From positions 588,244 through 652,243 of the forward strand of contig JAHDYR010000067.1 in the NCBI GenBank assembly GCA_019828565.1: 64,000 nucleotides of DNA. The letters run 5' to 3'. The position numbers were made by a program, and so were the translations under genes. Source of the stretch: Carpediemonas membranifera BICM. Lineage: Eukaryota; Protista; Fornicata. The stretch's first letter is position 1. Each line of letters opens with the position of its first letter. A model generated the notes under the pieces. The model was not told where the DNA came from, did not search any database, and worked only from the letters and a program-made list of their open reading frames with translations. This document shows, piece by piece, positions 9,364-19,768 of the stretch.

Positions 9364-10887
9364 ATGGACGATGATTTCGAGTTCAGTGATGACGAAGGTC
9401 TGAATCCGCCTCGCCGTCTTGATAAGAACGACGATTCCAAAGAATCCAAGGCATCATCTCGCCCCCGTAACCACCAGGCCACATTTTGCGCAACAAACAT
9501 CCGCGCTCAAACAACACAGCCCACACGAACCATGACGCACGAAGAGCGCGTTCATGCACCCGAAGAATCATTCTCTGGCCTGAAGATAGTTTCCCGTACC
9601 GTCATTCCCTCCATGTTTGAGACTGACGTGAAAGGCATGCGCTTCATACCACTGAGCAGACTCGCTGCCGAGTCTTTCAAGGTCCAAGGCAGACTCACTC
9701 CCGGCGATTCATTCGAGCTCCCGTCAACTTTCGTTATTGGTATTGTCCACAACCGAATGGTGCGTACGAGCGGCACCGGCCGCCAGTTCACCGTCTTCAC
9801 TCTAACTAACTTCAGGTACGACGTCAAAGCGTTTGCCTTTGGCAAGGCACACGACGCATGCAGCAAGTTTATACAAAACGGTGCCATAATTTCCTTTATG
9901 CACCCTTCTTGCCGCGTTGAGACCGCAACCGAGGTCTCCATTTCCTCGGCCGACCCAAGCTGCCTACTCCGACTTGGCCTCAGCGCCAACTACGGTATGT
10001 GTCTGGCCAAGAAGAAGAACGGGAGCCCTTGCACCCAGTATGTGGATCTGATCCACACAGATCTATGCGCCTATCACGATCCGAAGAAAGGAAAGGGCAC
10101 TAGGATCAATAGGGCCTCAACAATGACGTCGGAGACGGCCATGCTCATCAACGCAAAGAACAAACGGGCCGCACCGACCAAAGGTCCACTCAGCCATTTA
10201 TTCTTTATGGATGCAAGTGGGAAAAAAGCGCAGCTCCCGCTGTCTGCGGCCTCGAGCAGGAGAAAGACAATTGTCTCCCGAGAAGAGAAGATCGCCCAAT
10301 CGAGACCGAAGCCGACGGAGCCGGGTATAGCGAGAGCGGCTCAGATGTTATCCACGGTCAAGAATGGTCAAACTGGATCTTTGGATGCAGCAGAACGCCG
10401 GAAAATGCTGATTGAGCTCCGGCGAGCTGGTTTAGCGACTCAGAGCACAACTCCGGGCAGCCAGTTGAAGCGGCTTGGGCGATCGCCAGGTAACACCGAC
10501 AAGGCTGCCGGAACTAAGCTCGTGGTTAAGAAAATGACCAATCTTTTTTCGGCCGAGGCGCGGGAACAGGAGCAGCTCTCAGCCCAAGAAAAGCTTGATG
10601 CCCTTGCGCATGAGCTCATCGCCAAGGAGAAGCTTGCTGAGGCGACGGTTGTGGAAGTGACAGTCTGGCGCTGCGACACGTGTCACAAGACAACTGTGAA
10701 ATACCCCAAGACGTGCAGCGAGGAGGGCCATCATCTGATTAAGAGCAAGGCGACTAAGAAGTTCTTCAGGTGCAGCGAGTGCGGGGCCAGGCGAGCAATC
10801 GTAGGCCAAGCGGCACCGTTGGCGATTTGCGGCTGCGGTGCGAGAGGAGCATGGGTTCGAGACAATGTTGCTGGTGTAAAGGTGTGA
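9364..10887 (+). CDS. MCM10: Minichromosome maintenance protein 10
   Basis: OB-fold region (FVIGIV...FTVFTLTNF...FAFGKAH), CCCH finger GMCLAKKKNGSPCTQYVD...CAYH, and C-terminal Zn domain CDTC...C...H...KKFFRCSECG. Confidence 0.9.
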   Translation: MDDDFEFSDDEGLNPPRRLDKNDDSKESKASSRPRNHQATFCATNIRAQTTQPTRTMTHEERVHAPEESFSGLKIVSRTVIPSMFETDVKGMRFIPLSRLAAESFKVQGRLTPGDSFELPSTFVIGIVHNRMVRTSGTGRQFTVFTLTNFRYDVKAFAFGKAHDACSKFIQNGAIISFMHPSCRVETATEVSISSADPSCLLRLGLSANYGMCLAKKKNGSPCTQYVDLIHTDLCAYHDPKKGKGTRINRASTMTSETAMLINAKNKRAAPTKGPLSHLFFMDASGKKAQLPLSAASSRRKTIVSREEKIAQSRPKPTEPGIARAAQMLSTVKNGQTGSLDAAERRKMLIELRRAGLATQSTTPGSQLKRLGRSPGNTDKAAGTKLVVKKMTNLFSAEAREQEQLSAQEKLDALAHELIAKEKLAEATVVEVTVWRCDTCHKTTVKYPKTCSEEGHHLIKSKATKKFFRCSECGARRAIVGQAAPLAICGCGARGAWVRDNVAGVKV

Positions 10888-10996
10888 GAGGCGAAGTGGT
10901 GGTGTTGAAGTAATAGTCGTGGTTTACTGGGTGTGCCTGAAGGGAGGCCGGGGGAGCCGGGGTTGGTGATAGTGGGGAGATGAAGTTTGTTAGACT

Positions 10997-11215
10997 GGTC
11001 GACGTCGACGGGTGATGTCCAGCTTTGGGGCGCCTCGCACTCGACTAGCTCATCCACCATTTCGAACCACTGGCTGGTGGGCCGCGAGTGCAATAGCAGT
11101 GCTTTCTCTGCTGCTAACTTCGGAACGTCCTAAAAACGCCGACGCCAGCTGGGAGGTCGGGAGCTGAGGCATGACCATCGCCTGCACTCACGGACACGGG
11201 ATGACGAGAGCTGCC
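10997..11215 (-). pseudogene. Collapsed remnant of an RCC1-family copy
   Basis: 10997-11080 encodes a decayed family C-terminus (SQWFEMVDELVECEAPQSWTSPVDVD). 11137-11215 matches the 5' flank of copies I and J. The gene body is missing. Confidence 0.8.
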
Positions 11216-11324
11216 CATGTACATGGATGCTTCCCGAATGCTGACCGCTCAGCAGTCTTGGTCAACCATCAGGCCTGCTAGAGTGGGTAAATGGTTGAGA
11301 GACTTGGAGTGGGGTTGACTTCAT

Positions 11325-12964
11325 TTATGAATCATACGGGTCGACATCGACGGGAATGATGTCTTCCCACGATTCGGCCACCTCGGACTCGACCAGCTCA
11401 GCCACCCCATCTGACTCACCCACCACCTTGAACCACTGGCCGGTGGAGTCGCGGAATAATTGGATGCAATTGTCATTGATCAATGTTCTATGGCATGCCA
11501 TAGCCTCAAAGGGCACACAGATCTGGTCGTCGTGTTCGTTGTCGCACAAATGAGTGCGGCCCTCGGTCACCCAGACCATCCGATCATAGTCACCCCAGAA
11601 CCCCTTGACCCTCTCTGGGAACCGGAGCGGGGTGGATGTGATGCACTTGTCGTCCCTGCGTTTTCCAGGCAGCAGGCCCGACTGGGCGATATGAGGGCGA
11701 ACTCGACCAGCGAAGAGCAGCTGGCGGCCACCGAGGAAGACGGTGAAAACAAATGCAGAAGTCATGATCCGGTCGACCCAGAAGGGCAGGTCGACGAAGC
11801 GTGTCATATCATCATCGTGCCCGAGTCCCAGCCGGCCACAATAGTTGCCCCCGCTGATCATCTGCCGATCGCCCATTGAGAGGATGACAGTTGTTGCATT
11901 GAGCAGACCTGCATGCATGATGTGATCTGGGACAAAGCCAGACGGCACTGCTACTGGGTGGAAGAAGTAGTAGTTCTCCCGCTCGACTGGGCCGACGAAG
12001 CGCACCGAAGCAGCGCCAGCCATGACAGTGCCGACCGGAGTGAGGATGAACGTCTGGTAATCCTCTATCGACACAGCAGTCACCATCCTGTGCTTCTCCC
12101 AGAGGGGCAGGCTGGCCTCGAGCTCGGCGACCTTGGGGCAGGCGGGGAAGGTGAGGCGGGTCGGGTCGTTGAACTCAAATGACTCGAACCCCAGCTGGCC
12201 AAACCCGTTCTGCCCCCAGCCCCACAGACCCTTGGGCGTCCTGGCGATGTGGGTGAACCAGTCGCTGTAGACCTCGAGGGCCCTGGGCATCCTGGCCCTG
12301 GTGAGGGCGGTGTGCTTGTCAGTGTCGAGCATGAAGAGTCGGCCCATGTACATGTGGTGGTGGTAGCAATATTCGTACTCTGTGAACTGATAGCACTCGC
12401 CGTCCTTCTCGGCGACGTTCAGCGAGAAGAAGAACTTGCGGCAGAGGAACCAGAGGCACTTGGCCTCGGGGGTGAGAGCCTTGCGGATCTTGTCGTGTGT
12501 CTCCCGATCACGAGGCCACCTCATTAGATTATCATCCAGCACCCTGTCCTCGAGGTCGGGGTTGGCCCCGCCGCCCACCAGACACGCCCACACCGCGCCC
12601 TGGTTCAGCGTGTGCATGGCGACCGGGAGCTCCTCGCCATCCGCGAGCTCAACGTTCATGGACAGCGGGGGGCCGCTGGTGAGGATCGAGCGGGCGCGGT
12701 CGAGGAGGGCTTGCGCGGTTGGTTTGAGAGGGGGCAGCTTGGAGAGCGTGGCGAGGAGGGATCCGAGAGAAGCGACGCTCGCTGGTGTAGAAGTGCCCTT
12801 GTCGTTGTGGATCGAGGGCATCTGCCCGTCGAAGTGCCTGGAGTAGGCGCACTGGATCAAGGATGGGATGTACCAGAGATGGAGGCCGTCACAACAAGCG
12901 AGGCGCGATATGCGGAGATAAGTGTGTCTTTGATGCACGTTGGCGAGGAACTAGCGCTGCTCAT
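11325..12964 (-). CDS. RCC1-repeat mosaic family copy B (open from MPSIH ATG at 12821)
   Basis: Same framework as other copies; carries the -1 leader allele. Confidence 0.85.
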
Positions 12965-13197
12965 TGGTCTCAGCGCTCAGCTCGGTGGTTGCCAAATTCT
13001 GACTGCCGACTCGCCGACCGCCGACGCCACTCACCTCGAGGCGCGAGGCACGACCCCGGTAGCCGCAGCTCCAGATGAGTCTGCGCCCAGAGTCGGCGTG
13101 AGTTACATTCGCGTCAGCAATGCCAGACAGAACTGTCTCCCAACCAGCCAAGGCCTCGAGTTGAGTCCACGCCTGACTCCATTCAAATTTACACAGC

Positions 13198-14232
13198 CTA
13201 CTGCCTCTGCTCGAGCGTGCTGACAACATCGCAGACGCGGATATCGTTAGTGTCTCCCGCAAACGCCACAAACCTGCCATTCGGGGCGAAGTCACAGCTG
13301 TAGCTCGCAGAAGGCAGGTCCAACGAACCAAGTATCTCGCCACTGTTTCTATCAAACAGTTTGCACTGGTTACCGTCCGAGCCGCATGCAGCAATGTACT
13401 TCCCGTGCTCCCCGCCGAATGAACAACCGTAGACCATCGTATTCTTGCCGTTCAAGCTACTGGGGTTACCCCAAGCAATGTTCCGCTCAAGCTCGGTGGT
13501 GCGGAGGTCCCAGAGTTGAACTTGGTTCTCAGGACGCCAGGAGCCGGTCAGAACAGTGTTTCCGTCAATATCGACCGAATCTCCGCAGATATGGGGCGAA
13601 TAAATAGATCTGACCGAGTGGTCGGCTCTGAGGTCCCAAACCTGCACCGTGTTGTCCCAGCCGCCAGAGATGAGCAGATTAGGGTCGGTTGGGTGGTAGC
13701 AGAGCGAGAAGACGCGGTTGAAGTGGCCTGACGTGACGTCAGCGAACCCGTCCGTCAGCTCGAGAGTTCTAGTCTTCGTAGCCTCGTCGTAGATGCGAAT
13801 AGTCTGATCTTTTCCTGCCGTGGCAAACTTGCTGCCGTCGTGGGCATATTGCACGGCATAGATCTCGTTGCCCTCCTCCTTGATGGTGTGGAGGCACTTG
13901 CCAGATGTGACATGCCAGTGCTGGACGTAGCCCTCGGCGTTGCCGCTGAGGAGAACATTGCGGGTCTTGGAGCCGGCGACGGGAGAGCGGAAGGCAAGGG
14001 AGGTAGTGGCGAAGGCATTGGCGTCGCCAGCAGCAAACTGGTAGACGAGGCGGCCTGAAGCGGAGTGGAAGATGCGGATTGAGCCATCGCCGCAGCCTGT
14101 AGCGATCATGTGCCCATCTGGGGCGAATTTCACGCAAAAGACCTCACTTTTGGTTCCACTAATGGTCGTACGCTGATAAAGCTCTGGTTCAGAGCCGTTG
14201 GTGATCGTGGTTTCCTTGTTAACCGGTTCCAT
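13198..14232 (-). CDS. WD40-repeat protein
   Basis: Multiple repeats, e.g. GHFNRVFSLCYHP...LISGGWDNTVQVWD. Frame is open to 14331; start uncertain. Confidence 0.9.
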   Translation of the reverse strand: MEPVNKETTITNGSEPELYQRTTISGTKSEVFCVKFAPDGHMIATGCGDGSIRIFHSASGRLVYQFAAGDANAFATTSLAFRSPVAGSKTRNVLLSGNAEGYVQHWHVTSGKCLHTIKEEGNEIYAVQYAHDGSKFATAGKDQTIRIYDEATKTRTLELTDGFADVTSGHFNRVFSLCYHPTDPNLLISGGWDNTVQVWDLRADHSVRSIYSPHICGDSVDIDGNTVLTGSWRPENQVQLWDLRTTELERNIAWGNPSSLNGKNTMVYGCSFGGEHGKYIAACGSDGNQCKLFDRNSGEILGSLDLPSASYSCDFAPNGRFVAFAGDTNDIRVCDVVSTLEQRQ

Positions 14233-14547
14233 TTGGTCGCTCGCTTTCTGTCGCAAGGTGCACAATGAGTGATTCAAGCACTCCACCCAGACTTTCGTCT
14301 CCACCATCGAGCTGGAGGTAGCTGTGCCCATGATGCCTCTGGCCCTCCAATGTCTGGCCGGTGCTTTGTGCTGATAATCATTGATTGGACCGCATGGCGC
14401 TCCTCTATGTTATACCGTCGTGAATAACGTTTACATCGCACTATGTATATATATGACTGAAATTGAACCTTGACGTTGCTCTGGAGTGGAAATGTAAATG
14501 AAACGCGAACCATAAATGCTTTATGTATTGTTTGAGAGTCGAAAGCG

Positions 14548-17401
14548 ATGCTCGGAGGAGCTCCGTTAGGACAGAAGAAGCCAGCAGCACTTGGTAAAGC
14601 CCCTGCAATTGGTGGATTGGGTGGTCCCGCGAAGCCAGCAGCCCCTCTTGGCGGCACAGCGCCGCTTGGTGGCGCAAGTAAGCCTGCTGCCCCTCTCGGT
14701 GGAGGTCTTGGCGCACCGAAGGCTGCAGCCCCTCTAGGAGGTGGTCTTGGAGCTGCTAAGGCCACTGCTCCCCTTGGAGGAGCTGCGCCCCTCGGTGGTG
14801 GTGCCGCGCCTGCTGCATCCGCCAGCAAGAACAAGAACAAGAAGAAAAAGGCCGCCAAGAAGGCCGAGCCCAAGCCCGAGGAGCCCAAGGAGGACAAGGA
14901 GACCAGACAGTCTGCTGCCAGCAAGCGCGTCGAGATGATCAAGGCACGCCAGAAGGCTGCTGCTGAAGAGAAGCGTCGCCAGGAGGAGGCTGCCGAGGCG
15001 GCTCGACTCAAGGCCGAGGAGGAAGAGCGCCTGACCCGCGAGGAGGAGGAGCGCAAGGCTGCTGAGCGCAAGGCCCGCAAGGCAGCCAAGAAGGAGAAGG
15101 TGAAGGAGGCCAAGGCGGCAGTGATCGACCCCCGAGTGCTCGAGATGCGTCGGCAGGTCGAGGAGCGCCAGCGGATCCAGGCCGAGAAGAAGCGCGCCGA
15201 GGAGGAGGCCAAGCGCCTTGCCGAGGAAGCCAAGGCCGCTGCAGCCGAGGAGGGCCTCGAGGACTGGGAAGACGAGGAGGATTGGGAGGCTGAGCTCGAC
15301 GACGACGAGGAGTGGGAGGCGTCTGATCAGGACAAGGAGGCCGAGGGAGAGGCCATGACCGAGCTTGAGTCCGAGCAGCGTATCCAGGTGCCCTCTGCCA
15401 TCCCAGTGGCTGCCGAGCCGATCTTCAAGGACGAGGACATGCGGAGCCCGATCATATGCATCCTGGGTCACGTCGACACGGGCAAGAGTACGTTCCAAGC
15501 ACCATAGTTACACAGCAAAGCTCCTGGACAAGATCCGCGCCACGAACGTCCAGACTGGCGAGGCGGGTGGAATTACACAGCAGATTGGTGCGTCCTTCTT
15601 CCCCCGGGACTGCATTGAGAAGAACATAGCCCGTCTACCCGAGGATCTGCGGGTCGACTGCAAGCCCCCAGGGCTTCTGATCATCGACACTCCAGGCCAC
15701 GAGTCGTTTACGAACCTGAGGTCTAGAGGCGCCTCCCTCTGCGACCTGGCGATCCTCGTCATCGACATCACGGCCAAGGACCTCGAGCAGCAGGCTGCAG
15801 AGTCCATCGACATCCTGCGGAAGAGCAACGTCCCTTTCGTCATCGCCCTGAATAAGATCGACCTCATCGGCAACCGGGAGTGGCGTGTGCTCGGCCCCGA
15901 CGCCAGCAGCAAGCTCTCGCTCGAGTCCCAGGCGCCGCACGTGCAGCACCACTTCCACAAGAACTGGCAGTGGCTGCAGGGCAAGATCACCGAGAAGAAG
16001 GGGCTTAATATGGAGTACTACTGGAAGCTCCTCGAGGCCAAGCAGGCGCCCGTGGAGAAGTCCAAGCAGAAGAAGTCCAAGGGCAAGAAGGGCAAGGTCG
16101 AGACCCCCGACCAGGCGATCGACGACATCACCAGCGCCGACTCGTACATCCACGTCGTGCCTACCTCTGCCATCTCGGGCGAGGGCATACCGGACATCCT
16201 CATGATGCTCATGCGGCTCTCCCAGGAGCAGATGCGGGGCCGGCTCGAGTACGAGGATGAGATCGCGGCCACGATCCTCGAGGTCAAGCGGATCGAGGGG
16301 CTCGGCGTGACTATCGACGTCGTCCTCACGAACGGCACGCTGCACGAGGGCGACACCATCGTCGTGGCCGGGATGAACGGACCCATCGTCTCGACCATCA
16401 GGGGCCTCCTCACGCCTCAGCCCCTCAAGGAGCTCCGTGTGAAGAGCGACTATGTGCACCATAAGGCTGTCAAGGCGGCCATGGGCGTCAAGGTCCTCGC
16501 CGAGGGCATGGACCACGCTGTGGCCGGCGCCTCACTCTACGTCGCCCGTAACCCGGCAGAGGTGGAGACCTACAAGCGGGTGGCGATGGAGGAGGTCGAC
16601 GGCGCCATGCAGGCTAAGGAGAGCGAGGGCGTGTACGTCATGGCGTCCACCCTGGGGTCCCTGGAGGCGCTCATGGCCTTCCTCGCGGACGAGAAGGTGC
16701 CTGTGATGGGTACGAACCTCGGCACTGTCCATAAGATCGACGTCACCAAGGCATCCATCATGAGGGAGCGCGGGCATCCGGAGTACGCTATGATCCTTGC
16801 TTTCGATGTCGAGGTCGCCGCAGACGCCATGCTCGAGGCCGAGAGGCTCGGCGTCAAGATCTTTACAGCCCCCATCATCTATCATCTGACCGAGCATTTT
16901 AAGGCCCATGTCGCGGAGCAGCATGAGATTGCGGTGGCTGAGGCCCGCAAGAGCTCTGTTTTCCCCATGCTCGCCGAGTTCATCATGCCGATCTTCTGCG
17001 GTGACGCCCACGAGCCCACGATCATCGGGCTCCGCGTCAAGCACGGTGTTCTCAAGCCCGGCATGCCCATCTTCCTCGCAGACTCCAAGGGCGAGGACTT
17101 CGAGGTCCGTACTCTTCTCGGGCCCGTGATGAGGATCGAGAAGGACAAGGAGAGCGTCGCCGAGGCCAAGGCGGAGGATGAGGTTGCCGTGTCAGTATCG
17201 ACGGACCACCGCATCGTCAAGGAGAAGGTCTTCCCGTACGACAAGACGAACAAGAAGTGGGGCGACCACGTTCTTCTCTCTAAGATGGATAGGGCCTCCA
17301 TTGATAACTTGAAGGAGTTCCGGGCTGACTTCAAGAACGAGGTCAACTGGTCGCTCGTGAAGAAGATCAAGAACACGCTGGACATCGATGATCCACAGTA
17401 G
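14548..17401 (+). CDS. EIF5B: Eukaryotic translation initiation factor 5B, 2 exons
   Basis: RSPIICILGHVDTGK|TKLLDKIR is restored by removing a 28-nt intron at 15488-15515 (GTACGT...ACACAG). Also GEAGGITQQIGA, IDTPGHESF and ASTLGSLEAL. Confidence 0.97.
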
Positions 17402-17781
17402 AGTTGAAGTAAAGGGCGGTTTAAAGCAGGAACGGGGGTCCTTATTATGCCGGCGTCCTTTGTTCCATCACCCTTGTTACCCAGCCGACCAACAGGCATG
17501 CCAACAGATGCGCTTATCTCCACATTCCACGCATCGTTCGCCGATGACGCCACACGGCATCTAATATGGTGCGAGTGAGTGTGGCTATGTGGAGACATGA
17601 GATACGTCGAGCTGGAATTTACGAGCAGCCACTGTCAGAGGGATCCTGACAGGTATCGAAGGAAACGCATTCTGAGTTGTACATAAACTCCTTCTTCTGT
17701 GTAACTCCGCGCTAAGTGGCGTCGGCGGTCGGCGAGTCGGCAGTCAGAATTTGGCAACCACCGAACTGAGCGCTGAAACCA

Positions 17782-19398
17782 ATGAGCAGCGCTAGTTCCT
17801 CGCCAACGTGCATCAAAGACACACTTATCTCCGCATATCGCGCCTCGCTTGTTGTGACGGCCTCCATCTCTGGGGACATCCCATCCTTGATCCAGTGCGC
17901 CTACGTCAGGCACTTCGACGGGCAGATGCCCTCGATCCACAACGACAAGAGCACTTCTGCACCAACCAGCGCCCCTTCTCTCGAATCCCTCATCGCCGCG
18001 CTCTCCAAGCTGCCCCCTCTTGAACCGTCCGCGCAAGCCCTCCTCGACCGCGCCCGCTCGAACCTCACCAGCGGCCCCCCGCTGTCCATGAACATCGAGC
18101 TCGCGGATGGCGAGGAGCTCCCGGTCGCCCTGCACACGCTGAACCAGGGCGCGGTGTGGGCGTGTCTGGTGGGCGGCGGGGCCAACCCCGACCTCGAGGA
18201 CAGGGTGCTGAAGGAGGCTCAAGAGGAGTGGCCGCACAATCCCGAGATGCACGACAAGATCCGCAAGGTCATCGCCCCCGAGGCCAAGTGCCTCTGGTTC
18301 CTCTGCCGCAAGTTCTTCTTCACGCTGAACATCGCCGAGAAGGACGGCGAGTGCTATCAGTTCACAGAGTACGAATATTGCTACCACCACCGCATGTACA
18401 TGGGCCGACTCTTCATGCTCGACACTGACAAGCACACCGCCCTCACCAGGGCCAGGATGCCCAGGGCCCTCGAGGTCTACAGCGACTGGTTCACCCACAT
18501 CGCCAGGACGCCCAAGGGTCTGTGGGGCTGGGGGCAGAACGGGTTTGGCCAGCTGGGGTTCGAGTCATTTGAGTTCAACGACCCGACCCGCCTCACCTTC
18601 CCCGCCTGCCCCAAGGTCGCCGCGCTCGAGGCCAGCCTGCCCCCCTGGGAGAAGCACAGGATGGTGACTGCTGTGTCGATAGAGGATTACCAGACGTTCA
18701 TCCTCACTCCGGTCGGCACTGTCATGGCTGGATATGAGGCAAGATGGTTTACCGGCCGTGTCGAGCGGGAGAACAGACACCGCTTCCACCCAGTCGCTGT
18801 GCCATCTGGCTTTGTCCCAGATCACATCATGCATGTGGGTCCGTTTAATGCAACGACTGTCATCCTCTCAATGGGCGATCGGCAGATGATCAGCGGGGGC
18901 AACTATTGTGGCCGGCTGGGACTCGGGCACGATGATGAGATGTCTGGCTTCGTCGATCTGCCCTTTGGGGTCGACCGGATCATCACTTCTGCAGATGAAT
19001 TCACCGTCTTCCTCGGTGGCCGCCAGCTGCTGTTCGCTGGTCGAGTTCGCCCTCATATCGCCCAGTCGGGCCTGCTGCCTGGAAAACGCAGGGACTACAA
19101 GTGCCTCACAGTCACCCCGCTCCGGTTCCCAGAGAGGGTTAAGCGGTTCTTCAGCGCCTTTAGTCGGATGATCTGGGTCACTGAGGGTGTCACCCACTAT
19201 TACGAGGATGAGAATCGTACTATAGTCCCCATTGAGGCGATAGCGTTCAACAAATGCCCCCTCCGCTTCTGCGACTCCACCGGCCAGTGGTTCAAGGTGG
19301 GAGATTCGGATGGGGTGGCTAAATTGGCCAAATGCAAGGCTCCTAAATGGTGGCATGACATCACCCCGGTCGACGTCGACCCAACCCCTCAATCATAA
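17782..19398 (+). CDS. RCC1-repeat mosaic family copy C (intact, 538 aa)
   Basis: Uninterrupted ORF from the first ATG; RCC1-type repeats. Confidence 0.9.
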   Translation: MSSASSSPTCIKDTLISAYRASLVVTASISGDIPSLIQCAYVRHFDGQMPSIHNDKSTSAPTSAPSLESLIAALSKLPPLEPSAQALLDRARSNLTSGPPLSMNIELADGEELPVALHTLNQGAVWACLVGGGANPDLEDRVLKEAQEEWPHNPEMHDKIRKVIAPEAKCLWFLCRKFFFTLNIAEKDGECYQFTEYEYCYHHRMYMGRLFMLDTDKHTALTRARMPRALEVYSDWFTHIARTPKGLWGWGQNGFGQLGFESFEFNDPTRLTFPACPKVAALEASLPPWEKHRMVTAVSIEDYQTFILTPVGTVMAGYEARWFTGRVERENRHRFHPVAVPSGFVPDHIMHVGPFNATTVILSMGDRQMISGGNYCGRLGLGHDDEMSGFVDLPFGVDRIITSADEFTVFLGGRQLLFAGRVRPHIAQSGLLPGKRRDYKCLTVTPLRFPERVKRFFSAFSRMIWVTEGVTHYYEDENRTIVPIEAIAFNKCPLRFCDSTGQWFKVGDSDGVAKLAKCKAPKWWHDITPVDVDPTPQS

Positions 19399-19768
19399 AA
19401 GTTCTGAAGTGCGACTAGACTGGCAACCTGTAGTCCCAGGCCGGGTGCCTAATAAACGTTCTGAAGCGACAGTGAGCTCCTTGCATGTCTCAGTCATATC
19501 TGATCCAAACCCGATATCGAACCGCTCATTTGATGGGCACTAAGCTGCTCATAAACCATGAGTCATCGCCTGCCCCATGCCCTTGCCCTGCTATCATGCC
19601 ATGCTGGGCCATCGCAATGCCAGTCATAAGACTACTCTCGTTGTCGAGGAAGTGCTGACTGGGCAGAGACCAGTGCTGGGTCTCGCGCCGCCATACGAGC
19701 ATGAGACTCACAATTGCCGAATAAAAAGATTTAGCGTCAAAGATCCATAAACTAGTAAAAAGCTACGT

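Noticed and set aside
19368-19381. Palindrome GGTCGACGTCGACC near the family 3' end as a Helitron terminator hairpin
   Set aside because: Explained by PVDVDP codons, broken in several copies, and not followed by a common CTRR end.
17782-19398. Diversity-generating retroelement as the cause of family variation
   Set aside because: No reverse transcriptase or template repeat is visible. Variation is block-wise allele exchange with indels, not adenine-specific substitution.
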